DNA from: Octopus vulgaris | Taxonomy: Eukaryota | Direction: 5' to 3' | Assembly: GCA_951406725.2 (NCBI GenBank) | Contig: OX597817.1 | Location: forward strand, 93,682,001-93,746,000 | DNA: 64,000 nucleotides | Shown: one piece after another, positions 1 through 12,402 of the stretch | Layout: each line of letters opens with the position of its first letter | Position numbering within the stretch: position 1 is the first letter of the stretch | The notes under the pieces: generated by a model | Databases searched by the model: none | What the model saw: only the letters and a program-made list of their open reading frames with translations | Told to the model about the DNA's origin: nothing | Program-made: the position numbers and the translations under genes

Positions 1-199
1 TTGAAGTGACACACAGTATAAATGACATGATGAGACGAGCATAACAGCTGTGTCAAGGTGGAAGGGATATATAACTAATGAGTTTAGAGAGGCCGAGGCC
101 GTTATCGTAGCGGTAGAAGAGTTTGTACTTGAATGAGCCAGTAATTGCTATTGTTATTTCGCTATAAGTCAACCCTGACCCATACCTGATATATGAGTA

Positions 200-1150
200 A
201 TGGGCCAGTCGTTATTTTTCCTGCGTAGCCTTAGTCCAGCTTGCAAGCGTAATTCTAGACGGAAGACAAGGCTCACAAAATGGAATCGCAGAATAATGAA
301 ACGTATTGTGTCTAAAAGCTATCGAATTACGACAGCAAAAGAGACAGCTGAGCTAAAACACCATTTTATCAATCATGTGTCAACCAAAACCGTTTGTCGT
401 TAGCTCCATAAATTTGGATATCATGCATGATAGGGATACAATTACTAAATTTTTGTTGTCCTCCATCAGCATTTGATAAGCAGAAAATATAATATTTAGA
501 TTATCAGATGTGGTTCAATGGATAAATGGAACAATATCGCTTTTTCTGATGAATCATCATTCACCCTTTTACTGTTTAAATCGAGAGACAGTCCAAAGAA
601 GCTGTCAGTTCTAAAAGTTTGGCTCCTATAATGAAGCATGGAGGTGACACTGTGATGATTTGGGTAGCCCTATCACGGAATTTTCTGAGTAATTTGGTTG
701 GTGTATATGATAGAATTAACGCCTAGAATTATTTGAGTATTTTTGCTGACTGTGTTCATCCTATTGTACAAACATTGTTCCCCAATGGTATTGCAATCTT
801 CTAGAACGATAATGTGCTAATTCGCACAGATAATATTCAAAATGGCTACGAAGTAGGCAACTTGGATTGGCCCCTATAATCACCGGATCTCAATATAATC
901 GAACATTTATGGTGCATTTCGGAGCATCAAGTAAGGAACTGCTTCTCTCGACCACTGTCACTGAAAGAGCTAAAGTAGGATTTACTTGAAAATGGGCCAA
1001 AATTCCCCTGACAACCGTTCAGAACCTGTACAAACCTCAATTACTTAGTGTGTCAAAGCTGTGATTGATGCTAAATGTAGACCAACACTGTTTTAAACCA
1101 TAAAACTTCCATTAAAAAAGGTGTTTCCATTACTTTACCCACCCTTTGTG
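200..1150 (+). mobile_element. Degenerate Tc1-like DNA transposon (transposase pseudogene)
   Basis: HTH-region peptide RKTRLTKWNRRIMKRIVSKSYRITTAKE (ORF 200-403), then W..IAFSDES (~527-555), KHGGDTVMIW (~633-663), DN (~808) and a frameshifted WP..SPDLNIIEHLW (~868-912). Stops and frameshifts throughout; ends near TA at ~1152. Confidence 0.85.
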
Positions 1151-1561
1151 TATACATATATGGTAATTGCTGCATCATTACAGATGATTGCTGTCTCCTT
1201 GTGTTTCCTATTGACAATAGTATTTCTAATTTTCCATCCATGATCTCTCAGTCCCGTTGCAGATTTGCAAGATTTGAAGCATTGGTCATGTATGACAGTT
1301 GTAAGTTACTGTGCGCGTCTAACTGGTTAGCTCTGCACACATCCCCACTCTTCTATTGCTATAGGGCTTAAGTAGATGGTGGGGTATGACAAATGAGGTT
1401 ATCATAAAGAGAGTTCTATACTCATTCAATTATAGTGATAAATGCTTGGAGAATATAAGTACCACTCTCTGAGTCTTCATGATTTGGGCTGTAATTTGAA
1501 CTGTAATTGCTATTGTTATTTAGCAATAAGTCAACCCTGACACACACCTGATATATGAGTA

Positions 1562-1883
1562 ATGGGCCAGTCGTTATTTTTCTTGTGTAGCTTTAGCCAA
1601 GCTTGCAAGCGTAATTCTAAACCTAAGACAAGGCTCACAGAAAGAGATCGCAGAACATTGAAACGTATAGTGTCTAAAAACTGTCGAACTACGACAGCAA
1701 AAGAGACAGCTGAGCTAAAACATCATCTTACCAACCATGTGTCAACCAAAGCCGTTTGTCGTCAGCTCCATAAATTTGGATACCATGATAGGGATACAAT
1801 TGCTAAATTTTTGTTGTCCTCCATCAGCATTTGACAAGCAGAAAGAATAGTATCTTGATTATCAGACGTGGTCAATGGCTAAT
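1562..1883 (+). mobile_element. Second partial copy of the same Tc1-like fragment (local duplication)
   Basis: ORF 1562-1834 parallels ORF 200-403 (MGQSLFFL...TTAKETAELKHH..NHVSTK.VCR). DNA 1499-1883 aligns with 137-525. Confidence 0.8.
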
Positions 1884-1919
1884 GGAACCTAGTGACAGGC
1901 CGAAGCGGGATGACCAGTA

Positions 1920-2215
1920 ATCATGTGAAGCCGCAGATTTTACATCATAGTATTCCTCTTCTTGAAGGATGCTGTAACTGTAGTTAGGAGTCCCTTTCTC
2001 CCAGTCCTTTTCCTGCGCGACCTGACTCCAATGAAGGATACTTCTGTGTCCTCGCGCTCCGCTGATATGTTATCACTTTTATTAGTTAACTCATAACTGG
2101 GACCCTCATAGGGTGCTACTTCCCCGGGTCACAGTAGATCTGGGAATAATTGTGGCTAAGAGGTGATTCCACACCCCTCAAAACTATGGAACCCCAAACC
2201 AGAGCCTCACAGTTA
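1920..2215 (-). mobile_element. Interspersed repeat, possibly the 5' UTR region of an RTE-clade LINE
   Basis: Shares gccgcagatttta...cttgaaggatgc..taac...taggagtcc.t..ctccca with 37560-37660. The RTE assignment is by recollection of motif only. Confidence 0.4.
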
Positions 2216-2244
2216 TAGCGTACATACACCCGCACGCGCACATA

Positions 2245-2295
<51 letters not shown>

Positions 2296-2871
2296 ACACA
2301 CACACACACATTCTCTGTGTGTAACTCAGTTGGTGAAATAAGTTATCTAAATATACAAAGGGAAGATTAACTGTTAAATCCACCTTAATCTATCGAAGAG
2401 ATCAATTTTAACCCTGTTTGCAGTCAAGAAGAGATCTAACAGCCTTACGGCAAAATCTAACGCTTTGCAAATGAAATATGTCTTCGTCCCAACCAAAACA
2501 ACATATTACTTAAAACATAATAGTAATTCAGGTGAACTGTAATTAAAATGTGAGGAAACTCTCGGTCGAAGCGACAGTTCGTGTTCCCAGGTTGCTCACT
2601 CAGTTTAACACCAACTGCTGAGCCCTAGATACCTTACGCAGAGTTTACTCTGATGCAAGTATTTAGGTGTCCTGCCTGAGGATAACTTTTTTTCTGTTTA
2701 CATGAAGCTCAAAAAATTTACTTGAATTTGTCAGCCATTGTAAAAATCACAGAGCCATTCTAAAATAACGTTACTCATGTTCACGTAATAACTGAACACC
2801 ATGAGATAGCACGATACTAATTTGTATATTAACTCAGTAGGTTTGTTACTAATGATTGTCAGCTCAGCACA

Positions 2872-3110
2872 TATTTCTTATTTCTTTATTGCTTACAAGG
2901 GGCTAAAGATAGAAGGGACAAACAAGGACAGGCAAACGGATTAAGTCGATTATATCGACCCCAGTGCGTAACTGGTACTTATTTAATCGACTCCGAAAGG
3001 ATGAAAGGCAAAGTCGACCTCGGCGGAATTTGAACTCAGAATGTAACGGCAGACAAAATACAGCTTAGCATTTCGCCCGGCGTGCTAACGTTTCTACCAG
3101 CTCGCCGCCT
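2872..3110 (-). mobile_element. tRNA-derived SINE (family B) with LINE-like 3' tail
   Basis: Minus strand begins ggcggcgagctggtagaaacgttagc (A box), has ctgagttcaaattcc (B box), body gaggtcgactttgcctttcatcctttcggagtcga and ends ...gcaataaagaaat. Related copies at 12425-12610 (+) and 19275-19355 (-). Confidence 0.85.
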
Positions 3111-3179
3111 TAGCACATATTTCTATTAATTAACAGATTTGCAGCACGTTCAGACATGTGTGTATGTTTGTGTGCGCGC

Positions 3180-3224
<45 letters not shown>

Positions 3225-3307
3225 CGTGCGTGTTTGCTCATACGGGATAAACCGATATCAAGTTGTATCTCTTTGTGCCATAATGGTAATTTAAGAGTTC
3301 TATGAAC

Positions 3308-3499
3308 CGTATCAGGACAATTACCCCCGCCCCTAGGACAATCGCCCCCGACGACAACTACCCCTAGGACAATTATCCTCCTTGGTTAATTACTCCGTCT
3401 CTAATATATTAAGAAGTTTTAAATCATCATCTGTTTTCCTCAGAGGTAATTGTCACTGGAGGGATGGTTATTGTCCATGAGGGTAAATATCCTAGACTC
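3308..3499. mobile_element. Short MITE with 8-bp TSD
   Basis: Perfect direct repeat ctatgaac at 3300-3307 and 3500-3507. Subterminal repeats ggacaa(t/c)t(a/g)cccc on the left and inverted ggtaattgtc/ggttattgtcc on the right. Confidence 0.75.
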
Positions 3500-4006
3500 C
3501 TATGAACACAAGTAAAGTAAGTGCCGGATCGTTATAAGTGCTGGTGGGGTTGATATAATCGACTAAAACACCTGAAGACGGTTCTCCAGCATAACCACAA
3601 TCCAAAGGTTAAAACCAGTAACAGAAGAAAATAATGTTGACCTAGAGTCAACCAACCAACAGACCAGACCAGCCAATCAGCAATTTAGCTTCAATCAAAA
3701 CAAAGTCTTTCAGATACAAATAGCAAGCAACCCACCAGCTCTCTATTCACTGATCTTGCCAATCTGACATAGTTTTAAGCCTCCTTCCCTGTCCATTTGG
3801 TGACCCCTTCAGCTGTACCGACTGAAAATTTTGATATTTGATCCTTAAATACATTTAACAACATTCTAAGCAGTTTCAAGATATTCTCTCTTCTTTCAGT
3901 ATTTATTTAAATTTCAGCGTCACCTTTAATGCAAAGTCGGGGACGGTGAACGAATTTACAATTCCTGTTTTAATCTTTATTTTGCATGCGTCAGTGTATA
4001 CCAGTA

Positions 4007-4053
<47 letters not shown>

Positions 4054-4877
4054 TGCGCCGTCTATATGTGTTTGAAATTATACATTCTGATAAAAGAGTA
4101 AGAAATAACATTAAATTGGCAATTTCAGCAATAAGAAGTTGAGATAAACATATACCAACGCACACGCTCGCGTGCACACACATGCATGCATGCGTCTCCC
4201 CATAAATACATATACACATTCTCAGAAACAGCAGCACGCACACACACACACACATTTATTCAAATCTTACAGTTTGCCAATGAAAGAAGAGTACTAAATA
4301 TATATTTTACAGTGTATTAGTTAACTTAAGCTGAATGTCCTTTTCTCGCGTTACGAGTTTCATGTTACTACGATCTTCAGGCAAGTATTATTTTCTTTCT
4401 GTTCATGCGCCATTTCCATCCATTATCGAGGGCTTTTATTATTCTTATTAGTTGTTTCCTACAATTATTTTGGTATATTGTGTTCATATATTTATTTATC
4501 TATAGACTGAGTGTGGTTATTGTTTGGCAGGCTGGTTTCCGATGTTATAGTTTTGCTTATAAATTGATTATGGAGTTCGTCGTGTCATTTGCTAATTCAT
4601 TGTTATACATTGTTTCATTGGTCGGTTTAGCTGTTCGAAACTTTTTTAAATGTGTACTCGAATTGCTTCTCTGATTCCGACAAGAATCGAGACTAGAACC
4701 TCATTTCCAGCATATTCAAAATGCAATGCACACTAGACAGAATTCCAAATTATGAGAAAAAAACAAACGGTGACAACAGAGTGGTGGGAAGATATTATAG
4801 AAAAGAGATTGCAGTAGAAATATACTGTAGTAGAGTGCGCGCGCGCATGTGTGTGAAAGAGAGAGAGAGAGAGAGAT

Positions 4878-4912
<35 letters not shown>

Positions 4913-4962
4913 GGAAGAGAGAGAAGTGAAATGAGAGATAAGGTTGAAACAGTTGTAGAGAG

Positions 4963-5225
4963 CATTATTTTCATTATTTACATTATTTACTCTTGACAGA
5001 TATTTGTCTTCATCTTGTTTGTTGTTTCGGCTGATATACTCTCCAGCCTTCATCAGGTGTCTTGGGGAAAATTTCGAACCTGGGTTCTAATTCCTAAGGT
5101 TCGAAATCTCCCCAAGACACCTGATGAAGGCTGGAAGGTATATCAGCCGAAACGTTGTGTTAACAATAAACAAGATTAAGACAACTATCCGTCAAAAGTA
5201 AGTAATGTAAATAATGAAAATAATG
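4963..5225. repeat. Inverted repeat (arms ~120-130 bp) of a Penelope-pLTR-like sequence containing a hammerhead motif
   Basis: 4963-5081 is the reverse complement of 5097-5225 apart from a few substitutions and an ~8-nt deletion in the left arm; 15-nt spacer. Confidence 0.85.
5116..5161 (+). ncRNA. Minimal type I hammerhead ribozyme (Penelope-type)
   Basis: Stem I GACAC/GTGTT, core CTGATGA (5121-5127), stem II GGCTG/CAGCC, GAAA (5149-5152), palindromic AACGTT stem III, NUH = GTT with predicted cleavage after 5156. Confidence 0.75.
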
Positions 5226-5391
5226 TACGTAATTCCTCATCTCTTAAATATAGTACAGTAGTAGAGAGATATAGTTATAGATAGAGAGTGAAAGACAGTG
5301 GCAGAGACAACAGGTAGAGAGATGGTATAGTGAAAAAAGAAAGTTAGAAAGACACAAGAGTTGCCTTACAACTGAGTAGAAGTCTATAGTG

Positions 5392-5471
<80 letters not shown>

Positions 5472-5480
5472 CTGACTAAC

Positions 5481-5529
<49 letters not shown>

Positions 5530-5606
5530 CTGCTTTTTGTGGAAGGGAAGCGTTCCGATGATCCTGTAAATCCAAGAGAGAGCGAGAGCGAGAGAGAGAG
5601 AGAGAG

Positions 5607-5647
<41 letters not shown>

Positions 5648-5689
5648 AAGAGAGAGAGAGAGAGAGAGAGCGCTTTGCTCTCATGTGTT

Positions 5690-5860
5690 TACTTCCCTGC
5701 CTAAGGTTACCGTAGTGTTTTTCGTAGGCTTTTCTTTCCACGGATAAACCCAATCTGTTTTACATTTTTACCCCGCCTTATTTTGCTGTTTACACGTCCC
5801 AAACGCTTTCGATCCCTTTTGATTGTTTTTTCCTTCTTTTTTCTTTCTTTCGAAAAAAAA
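5690..5860 (+). mobile_element. 3' UTR fragment of a Tx1-like LINE
   Basis: ggttaccgtagtgtttttcgtaggctttttctttccacgg matches the reverse complement of the LINE 3' UTR at 42820-42868 and 40925-40975. Confidence 0.65.
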
Positions 5861-5872
5861 AAGGTTCTACAT

Positions 5873-5930
5873 TAGGCGCAGGAGTGACTGTGTGATAAGT
5901 AGCTTGCTTACCAACCACATGGTTCCGGGT
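5873..5930 (+). mobile_element. Truncated tRNA-derived SINE head (family A)
   Basis: taggcgcaggagtgactgtgtgataagtagcttgcttaccaaccacatggttccgggtt, matching the 39365 copy; cut off by (TCTA)n. Confidence 0.8.
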
Positions 5931-5985
<55 letters not shown>

Positions 5986-5999
5986 GTCTGTCTATCTAT

Positions 6000-8950
6000 G
6001 TGATTGGCTGTTTGCGTCGTCTCGCTAAAATCCATATATTTTGTCGTGTTTGATACCTGTATATATTTTTGTCAGAAATAACATCTGTTTGGCCTAGAGC
6101 GAAGCTCGCTCGATAATTTGCCCTTTAAGGACCAATTTTCATATTGCTAAATCTTATGTCATAAATATTTTCATCTGTCTGGAAAACAGACACGGACAGT
6201 TCAGCTAACAGTGGCAGCGTTTCTTCGCTCCAGTTAGAAATGGAATTTCCTCCATTACCGTCACCAAACACATCGAACAAAAAAATAAAACATTGATACA
6301 CACACACAAATATTTGAACAACAATACGCATACTGACGCAAGCTTTCCTTCCGAACAAGTGGGAAGGTAAGGCAGAGAGATGAACTGTGCAACCACCTGT
6401 ATTATCTCTCTTGTTACTACCACTGTTGCAAAAACCATTACCGAATACCTTTGCAACTATTTAAAAACAAATAAACTAATACAGTGCAAAAGATTATTGA
6501 ACAACGAAAATAGGACTACAAACCTCAACACCCCAAAAATCATTTTGCAGGACATTTCTAAAAAAATTAATATATAAAACCCTCAACATAAAGACTAAAA
6601 ATCTAGGTTCATAAACATATATCACAAGGGGCAAAAGATTTGCCACGATCGAGGTAAGATTTGACACGGAGGAACGCACGAAAGATTTCTCAACGAAATC
6701 CCTCGAATGCGAGGACTTGATAATGATTCCCACTTACTTCGGTTGTCGGGTGACGAGGGTGAGAATCAAAGATGTGCTCCCTGAAATACAAATAAGATGG
6801 CCGGTGTCAGCCGTCTTTTACGATTTCGAAGAAAATTTTAACATATTAGAAATTGCTGTCCTGAAACAACAAAACTGGGTTGGACAAGGGGTTGAGATTG
6901 TAATCCAGGCAAATCAGGACACAATAGAAAATCTCCCAGATTTGATAAAGCTATCGGATGGCACGACTCTACATATCCCCGTTGAGGGCAGAAAGTCACG
7001 TTGCTACCTTTGGGGTAGTCAATACCATTTAAAAATAGACTGCAAATTGGCAGAACGACAGCAAAAACAATAACGACAAAACCAGAGACCCAAGAGCAAA
7101 CCAGCACTGTTACCCACACCAGCGTCTGCATAAAAAATGAATAAGCTCCACGAACAAATGATAGGAACATGCTTAGAATAGGTTGTATAAATGTGCGTGG
7201 CTTGGGGTCGCCTTGGAAATAAGGATACCTCTTAAATGACATCAAGTCACAGAATGTGCATATCATAGCCATCAGTGAGACCAGACTCCACAACCCTCAG
7301 GCCTTCCAGCACATGGACCTCAAAATAAGAGCAATATTCCTAGACCTGGAGGGTAGGCTGGTCGTCTTGGATGTCGATGACACTAATGGGTGTGCTTTTC
7401 GACTGAATAGTTTATGCACCGTCCTTAACACGTCGGCCAGATTTCTTTCGACGTCTAGAGGTTTTCCTGGGAACGTCTCGACCTTTACTTTTAGTGGGGG
7501 TTTGGAACGCTACCTTGGACACGCATCTAGACTACTTAGGTAGAGATAAGAATAGGAGGGGATGTAAATGCTTCAAAGACCTGCTCAGACGTTTCCAACT
7601 GTCTAACAGGTACCGACTGGACTGGACCACCCGAATGTGCCAATGTGGACATGAAGCAACCGCATCGGGTCGTCCAAATCGTATTTAGATAGAGTATTCT
7701 GTAGGACAGTGGATAGGGATAGTGTAAGTTATCCACAATTTCATATAATCAGCTACACAGATCACACATTTGTGACTTGTTCGCTTGACTTAGATAAGAA
7801 TCATAGACTGGGTCCCGGTTACTGGAAACTGAACGCGTCGTTCATGGGGCACCAGGCTTACAGAGACCGGATTTGCACATTAGTTAAGAGGGCATTGACG
7901 GGTGCCATCGTCAACAATAGATCGTGGTGTGCCCCAAAGAAAGCAATTAAAGCAGAATCAGTTAGGTATAGTAAGGCTCTAGTGATAGATCGAAATAGAA
8001 TAGATGGAAACCGAGTTAAGAAATTAGAAGAGGCACATAAAAGTGGAATCGTGTCCATCGTGCTGACGGCGAGGTTGGCCCTCGAGCAACACTTCAACGC
8101 AAAACACGAAGGATGCGTTGTCAGAGCTAGGATGCGTGCTCTGAGAAACGAAGGAATTGGAGCCGCCCGAGGGGTCCGAGTGACGGAGGTGCAACGAGGC
8201 AACAAAGCCACCGTTAGGTCTCTGACGGATGAACAAGGGCGCGAATTACTCGAGCCCGAAAGGATGTGTGAGGCCTTTCAACTGCACTTTGCCCAACTTT
8301 TCGGGACAACTGGTGGGCCAGAACGCAGGGTGGACTTTAGCGCCTACCAGCATGGTCTGCCACGACTCTCGGCAAGAGAGGCGGAGTGTTGTTAAAGACC
8401 CATCACATACGCGGACGTTCGGGATACGATGGCAGGATGCGCAGGGGACAAGTTGCCAGGCTTGATGGTCTGCTCTACGAACTTTATTGTCATATGCCAG
8501 TCTTGGCAGCAGTCTACTGCAACTGGCAGCAAAACGGGAGTATCCCAGTTTTGTGAGCCTAGGAGCGGTGACACTGCTAAAGAAAGATCCAAACAAAGAA
8601 AACGTCATAGATAACTTCAGGCCCGTCTCTCTGCTCAACGCAGATTTGAAGATTTTGGCCAAAGTGCTAGCTGAGAGGCTGGCGCTTGTCATCGAGAAAC
8701 TGGTCGATAAGGCGCAAACATGCGCTGTGTTGGGCAAGTGTATCCATGACAACCTCCATCGGATGCGCTGCATCATATAGAGGGTAGTTAAGGAACGTGG
8801 CATGGGTGGGGCGCTGATCAATTTGGATCAATCGAAAACTTTCGATAGAGTCGACTATCGTTACTTAGTAGCTGGTTTCGGTCCCGTCTTCCTCGGTTGG
8901 ATCGCTGCCTTATACAGTAGCATCCGCTCGATTGTTCGCGCAAATGGTGA
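6000..8950 (+). mobile_element. Tx1/L1-clade non-LTR retrotransposon, decayed: ORF1 (zinc knuckle), AP endonuclease and RT N-terminal half
   Basis: ORF1 ~6530-7073 ends in VEGRKSRCYLWGSQYHLKIDC (degenerate CCHC). ORF2 starts ~7169 MLRIGCINVRGL...IIAISETRL, then GVWNATLD, SYLDRV, YTDH, GPGYWKLNAS and LLKKDPNKENVIDNFRPVSLLNADLKILAKVLAERL...LINLDQSKTFDRVDY. Many frameshifts. Confidence 0.92.
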
Positions 8951-9232
8951 GTGAGACACTAAAATAATACGAAGCGGTAACGGGGGCGAAAATTAATTCG
9001 GAAAAGTGGGATGATCTCACACTACTTTTGCTCGTGATCAGAGATGCACATATCGTCAGCCACTAGGGGACATGTTCAACTGGTTATTGTCAAGAAAATG
9101 ACAAGCAAATCTGTGGTATTGAGCTGAATATTTGTTGTAGCCCATCTTTTATACCAAGACAAAACAATGTACATGAAAACACTTCCTGTCGGTTAAGATC
9201 AGAAGCCATGAGAGCCTGGTACTGCATCAGGG

Positions 9233-9288
<56 letters not shown>

Positions 9289-9294
9289 TTGCTG

Positions 9295-10585
9295 CAAAGC
9301 ACATCGGACGTGTTTTCGAACGCTCCAAGTAAGTTCAGTTCAAAATATGTACTTACATCAGGATTGGTGTCTTTTTTGCAATATTTAGTTTATTTCAAGT
9401 TGTGAATAGAAGCACCAGGAACCTATTATTGTTTTTTTTTTATGGTTGTGTAGCTCCCACAGGGGCGAATTTCGGCCCACCGAATTTATTCGGTGGGTGT
9501 TAAAATTTAATGGAACTAATACAACTCAACAAGATGGCGGAGCGCGTCTTGAAAGATTTGAGGAAAAACAAAACAAACCCTCCTACCAATATAGTAATAG
9601 ATGAAGACTTCCCTCCCCTCCCTCTGTAACGGGCAACATTACAGGGAAGGGGGGGAGAAGGAGAACAAGACTGTCTGGAAGGTTGCCAGGCACTCACTGC
9701 CCTCTACCGGGCAGGCAATGCGATCAGTGGAACATCCACTCTTGAGTTCTATAGAGGGTTAGTGAAGGGGAAGAGCGATGACGCACTTGGAGAAACGCTA
9801 GGCGTTGACGAAATCGAACTAACCAGTCTGTTCAGGAGGACTTTAGAGCCGGGGACGATGGATAACTTCCAGAAATCCCTAGCTTGACAGTGCTACCGGT
9901 TCGAGATAAACTCTTCAGGCACGGAAGTGCTGTCAGATGGACCTGCCCGAGATGCGCGCAGTGCGACGAAACCGTTCTGCTCGTACTCGTCCAGTGTCCT
10001 TGTATTACTGACTTGTGGAGTTATGTTGAACAGCTGTTATCACATGTAGGACGGATCCGGTTATCGGCCGAGTCCATAGTGAAGATTGATCCGCCGCTTT
10101 TCCTCGGTTCGGAAGGGCAGGCAATTTTCCTCTGTCTGATAGCAGTAGCGAAAGAGGTTGTATGGTGGACCAGGTTGAAAGGACTGAAGATAGACACATT
10201 TTTTTCAGCCAATCATTCAACTTTTTCAAATTTCATTTGGAAAGGAAGATGAGGGTGGAGAGATTTGCTAAAATGTGGGTGAATGTAGCGAAAATGGCAC
10301 GTGTGAGTGGACCTACTCTAATAATGCGCCTATAGGCTAGTGAATTTGAGAGGGTGGAGGGTGCTCTTCCCAGAAGCCCTCGAAGCGTCGAATGGTTCAG
10401 GATTGGTAGGGTACCTGAGCCAACTCCACGTGGTTACCTCACCGCCCCATTGGGGAACTTTCTTTGTTATATTCCTTTGTTGGATATCATTGTTATTGTT
10501 TTAATTGTGTACTTGTTGTTTCTGTGTAAAATCCCCACTGTCCATGTCTACTGTATGTTGGCCCTAGTGGCTAACAAATGAAATA
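9295..10585 (+). mobile_element. Tx1-like LINE segment: putative 5' UTR and ORF1 start joined to ORF2 C-terminus and 3' tail
   Basis: cggacgtgtttt leader, then MAERVLKDLRKNKTNPPTNIVIDEDFPPLPL (~9534-9627). From ~9670 the sequence is ORF2 C-terminus (FYRGLVKG, LPVRDKLFRHG..CPRCAQCDETVL..LVQCP), homologous to 41026-42048 and 42951-43690. Tail gccctagtggctaacaaatgaaat then (TAA)n. Confidence 0.8.
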
Positions 10586-10588
10586 ATG

Positions 10589-10661
<73 letters not shown>

Positions 10662-10714
10662 TAATAATAATAATAATAATAACAATAACAATAATAATAA
10701 TAATAATAATAATG

Positions 10715-10745
<31 letters not shown>

Positions 10746-10770
10746 CAATAATTTATAATAATTATAATAA
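10583..10770. repeat. (TAA)n microsatellite
   Basis: Direct inspection; lies between the Tx1 tail and the R4/Dong element. Confidence 0.95.
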
Positions 10771-12402
10771 TGATGCTCCGATAACAATAGAGACAACTTT
10801 TATGTTAGACTCTCGTAACTGCCACATCTTAGCGATCTCAATTCTCAGGTTTCCATAGTTATCGGTCTTTTCTCTTTCTTTCATGATAATATGTTGATCA
10901 CCTGGCACTACCACGTCAATTATTAGTCACTCTTGTTTGTCTCTCCTAAAGGTTACTATATCCGGCTTTCGGTGCTCTAATACCTTGACTGTCTGGAAGT
11001 CAAAGAATTGGAGGATTTTTGCCATCCCTTTTCGTCCATTATCTTTTCTGGTGTAGGTTGATACCAAGCAATCGTTACCTCGTATTAATACTTACGGCAT
11101 TAATACTCAGTGAAGGTTTTGGACTACCTTGTCGCACCTGCGCTTGTACTCTTTCTGCGCAAGACTTTCCCAAGCACTAACAATGTGAGTCACGCTTTCG
11201 ACCCTCTTCTCACACATTCTGCAGAGGTTAGTTGCACTTGTGTAGTATATATCCCTTTTCACTGAGTTGGTATTCAATGCGTGATCATGAGCAGCGATGA
11301 TTAGGCTTTCAGTATTCTTTTTTTCTGGTCACCCTTGCTGGACCACCTCCATGATGTTTCCTGGTCTTTTAAGTTGTTAGTTTCACGGTGGAACTGACCA
11401 TGTAATTCAATGCGGTGTAGGGTTTTTCTCTCTCTTTGGCTGTTCGTGATCGGAATTCATAAGCGCCATCAAGTCCATTTTTGGTAAATCCTCATGCATC
11501 AGCAGCGTACTGTAGTAGTTCTTGTTTACTGTTGGACAAATATTCTGCCATATTTCTTCTTTCACTGTTGATGTGCTCCCGTACGCTAATCAACCCACGT
11601 CCACCTTTGCCTCTCTTCCTGTAGAGCCTGTGTACATTCGCTTTAGGGTGGAGGGCACTATGCATTGTCATTGTCTTTCGGGTAGCGCAATCGAGTTAGT
11701 CAATCTCCACTTGTGTCCATCTCAGGATGGGTGCACTATAGCAGACTTCAGCAACGGCCCATATGTTGATGGCAGTCACACGGTTCCTTGAGTTGAGTTT
11801 TGATTTCAAGAGAAGTTTGAGGCGCTTGAAATACGCAGTAATGACCTTGTCTTTCATTTCTCTGTACAAGATATTGTCCATCTCCAGGATCCCAAGGTAC
11901 TTGTACCCATTATCATCCGGGTCTTCCATTTTCTCTCCTTTTGACAATTCTATGCTCCTACAATCTGCTCTTTTCCCCCGTTTCAAAATGAGCACCGCAA
12001 TCTTCAAGATACCGAATTACATACCTATATCCTTGATGCACATCTGCACAGTCTCAACCAGCCTCTCCATTTCAGGCTCTGTTTTTGCGAACAGTTTTAA
12101 ATCATCCATGAAGAGAAGGTGATTGAGACGAGCTCCATTCTTTCTCAGCTCATAATGCGCATTGGCTTTGCGTAGGACTACAGAAAGTAGGATCAAAGCT
12201 ATAACAAATAACAAAGGTGAACAAGAGTCTCCCTGGAAAATACCTCTTGATTGTTACCTTGGCTAAGTGTTGGTTGTTACAGAAAAGACTTGTTTTCCAA
12301 CTAGGCATGCTGTTCTTAATCAGTGCGCATACGTTCTCAGCTATTCCACAAATGTCGAGTGTTTCCAAAATCCACGAATGCGGCAACATGTCGTAAGCCT
12401 TT
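10770..12402 (-). mobile_element. R4/Dong-clade non-LTR retrotransposon fragment (RT and CCHC/RLE region), pseudogene
   Basis: KAYDMLPHSWILETL, frameshifted IFQGDS, LNHLLFMDDLKLFAKT, YKYLGILE, KLNSRNRVTAINIWAV, and downstream CRMCEKRVESVTHIVSA and EHRKPDI. Flanked on both sides by TAA/TTA repeats. Confidence 0.88.

Noticed and set aside
3315-3385. Short spaced repeats resembling a CRISPR array (also 55650-56020)
   Set aside because: Eukaryotic context, repeats too short and degenerate, no unique constant-length spacers and no cas genes; explained as MITE subterminal repeats or minisatellite.
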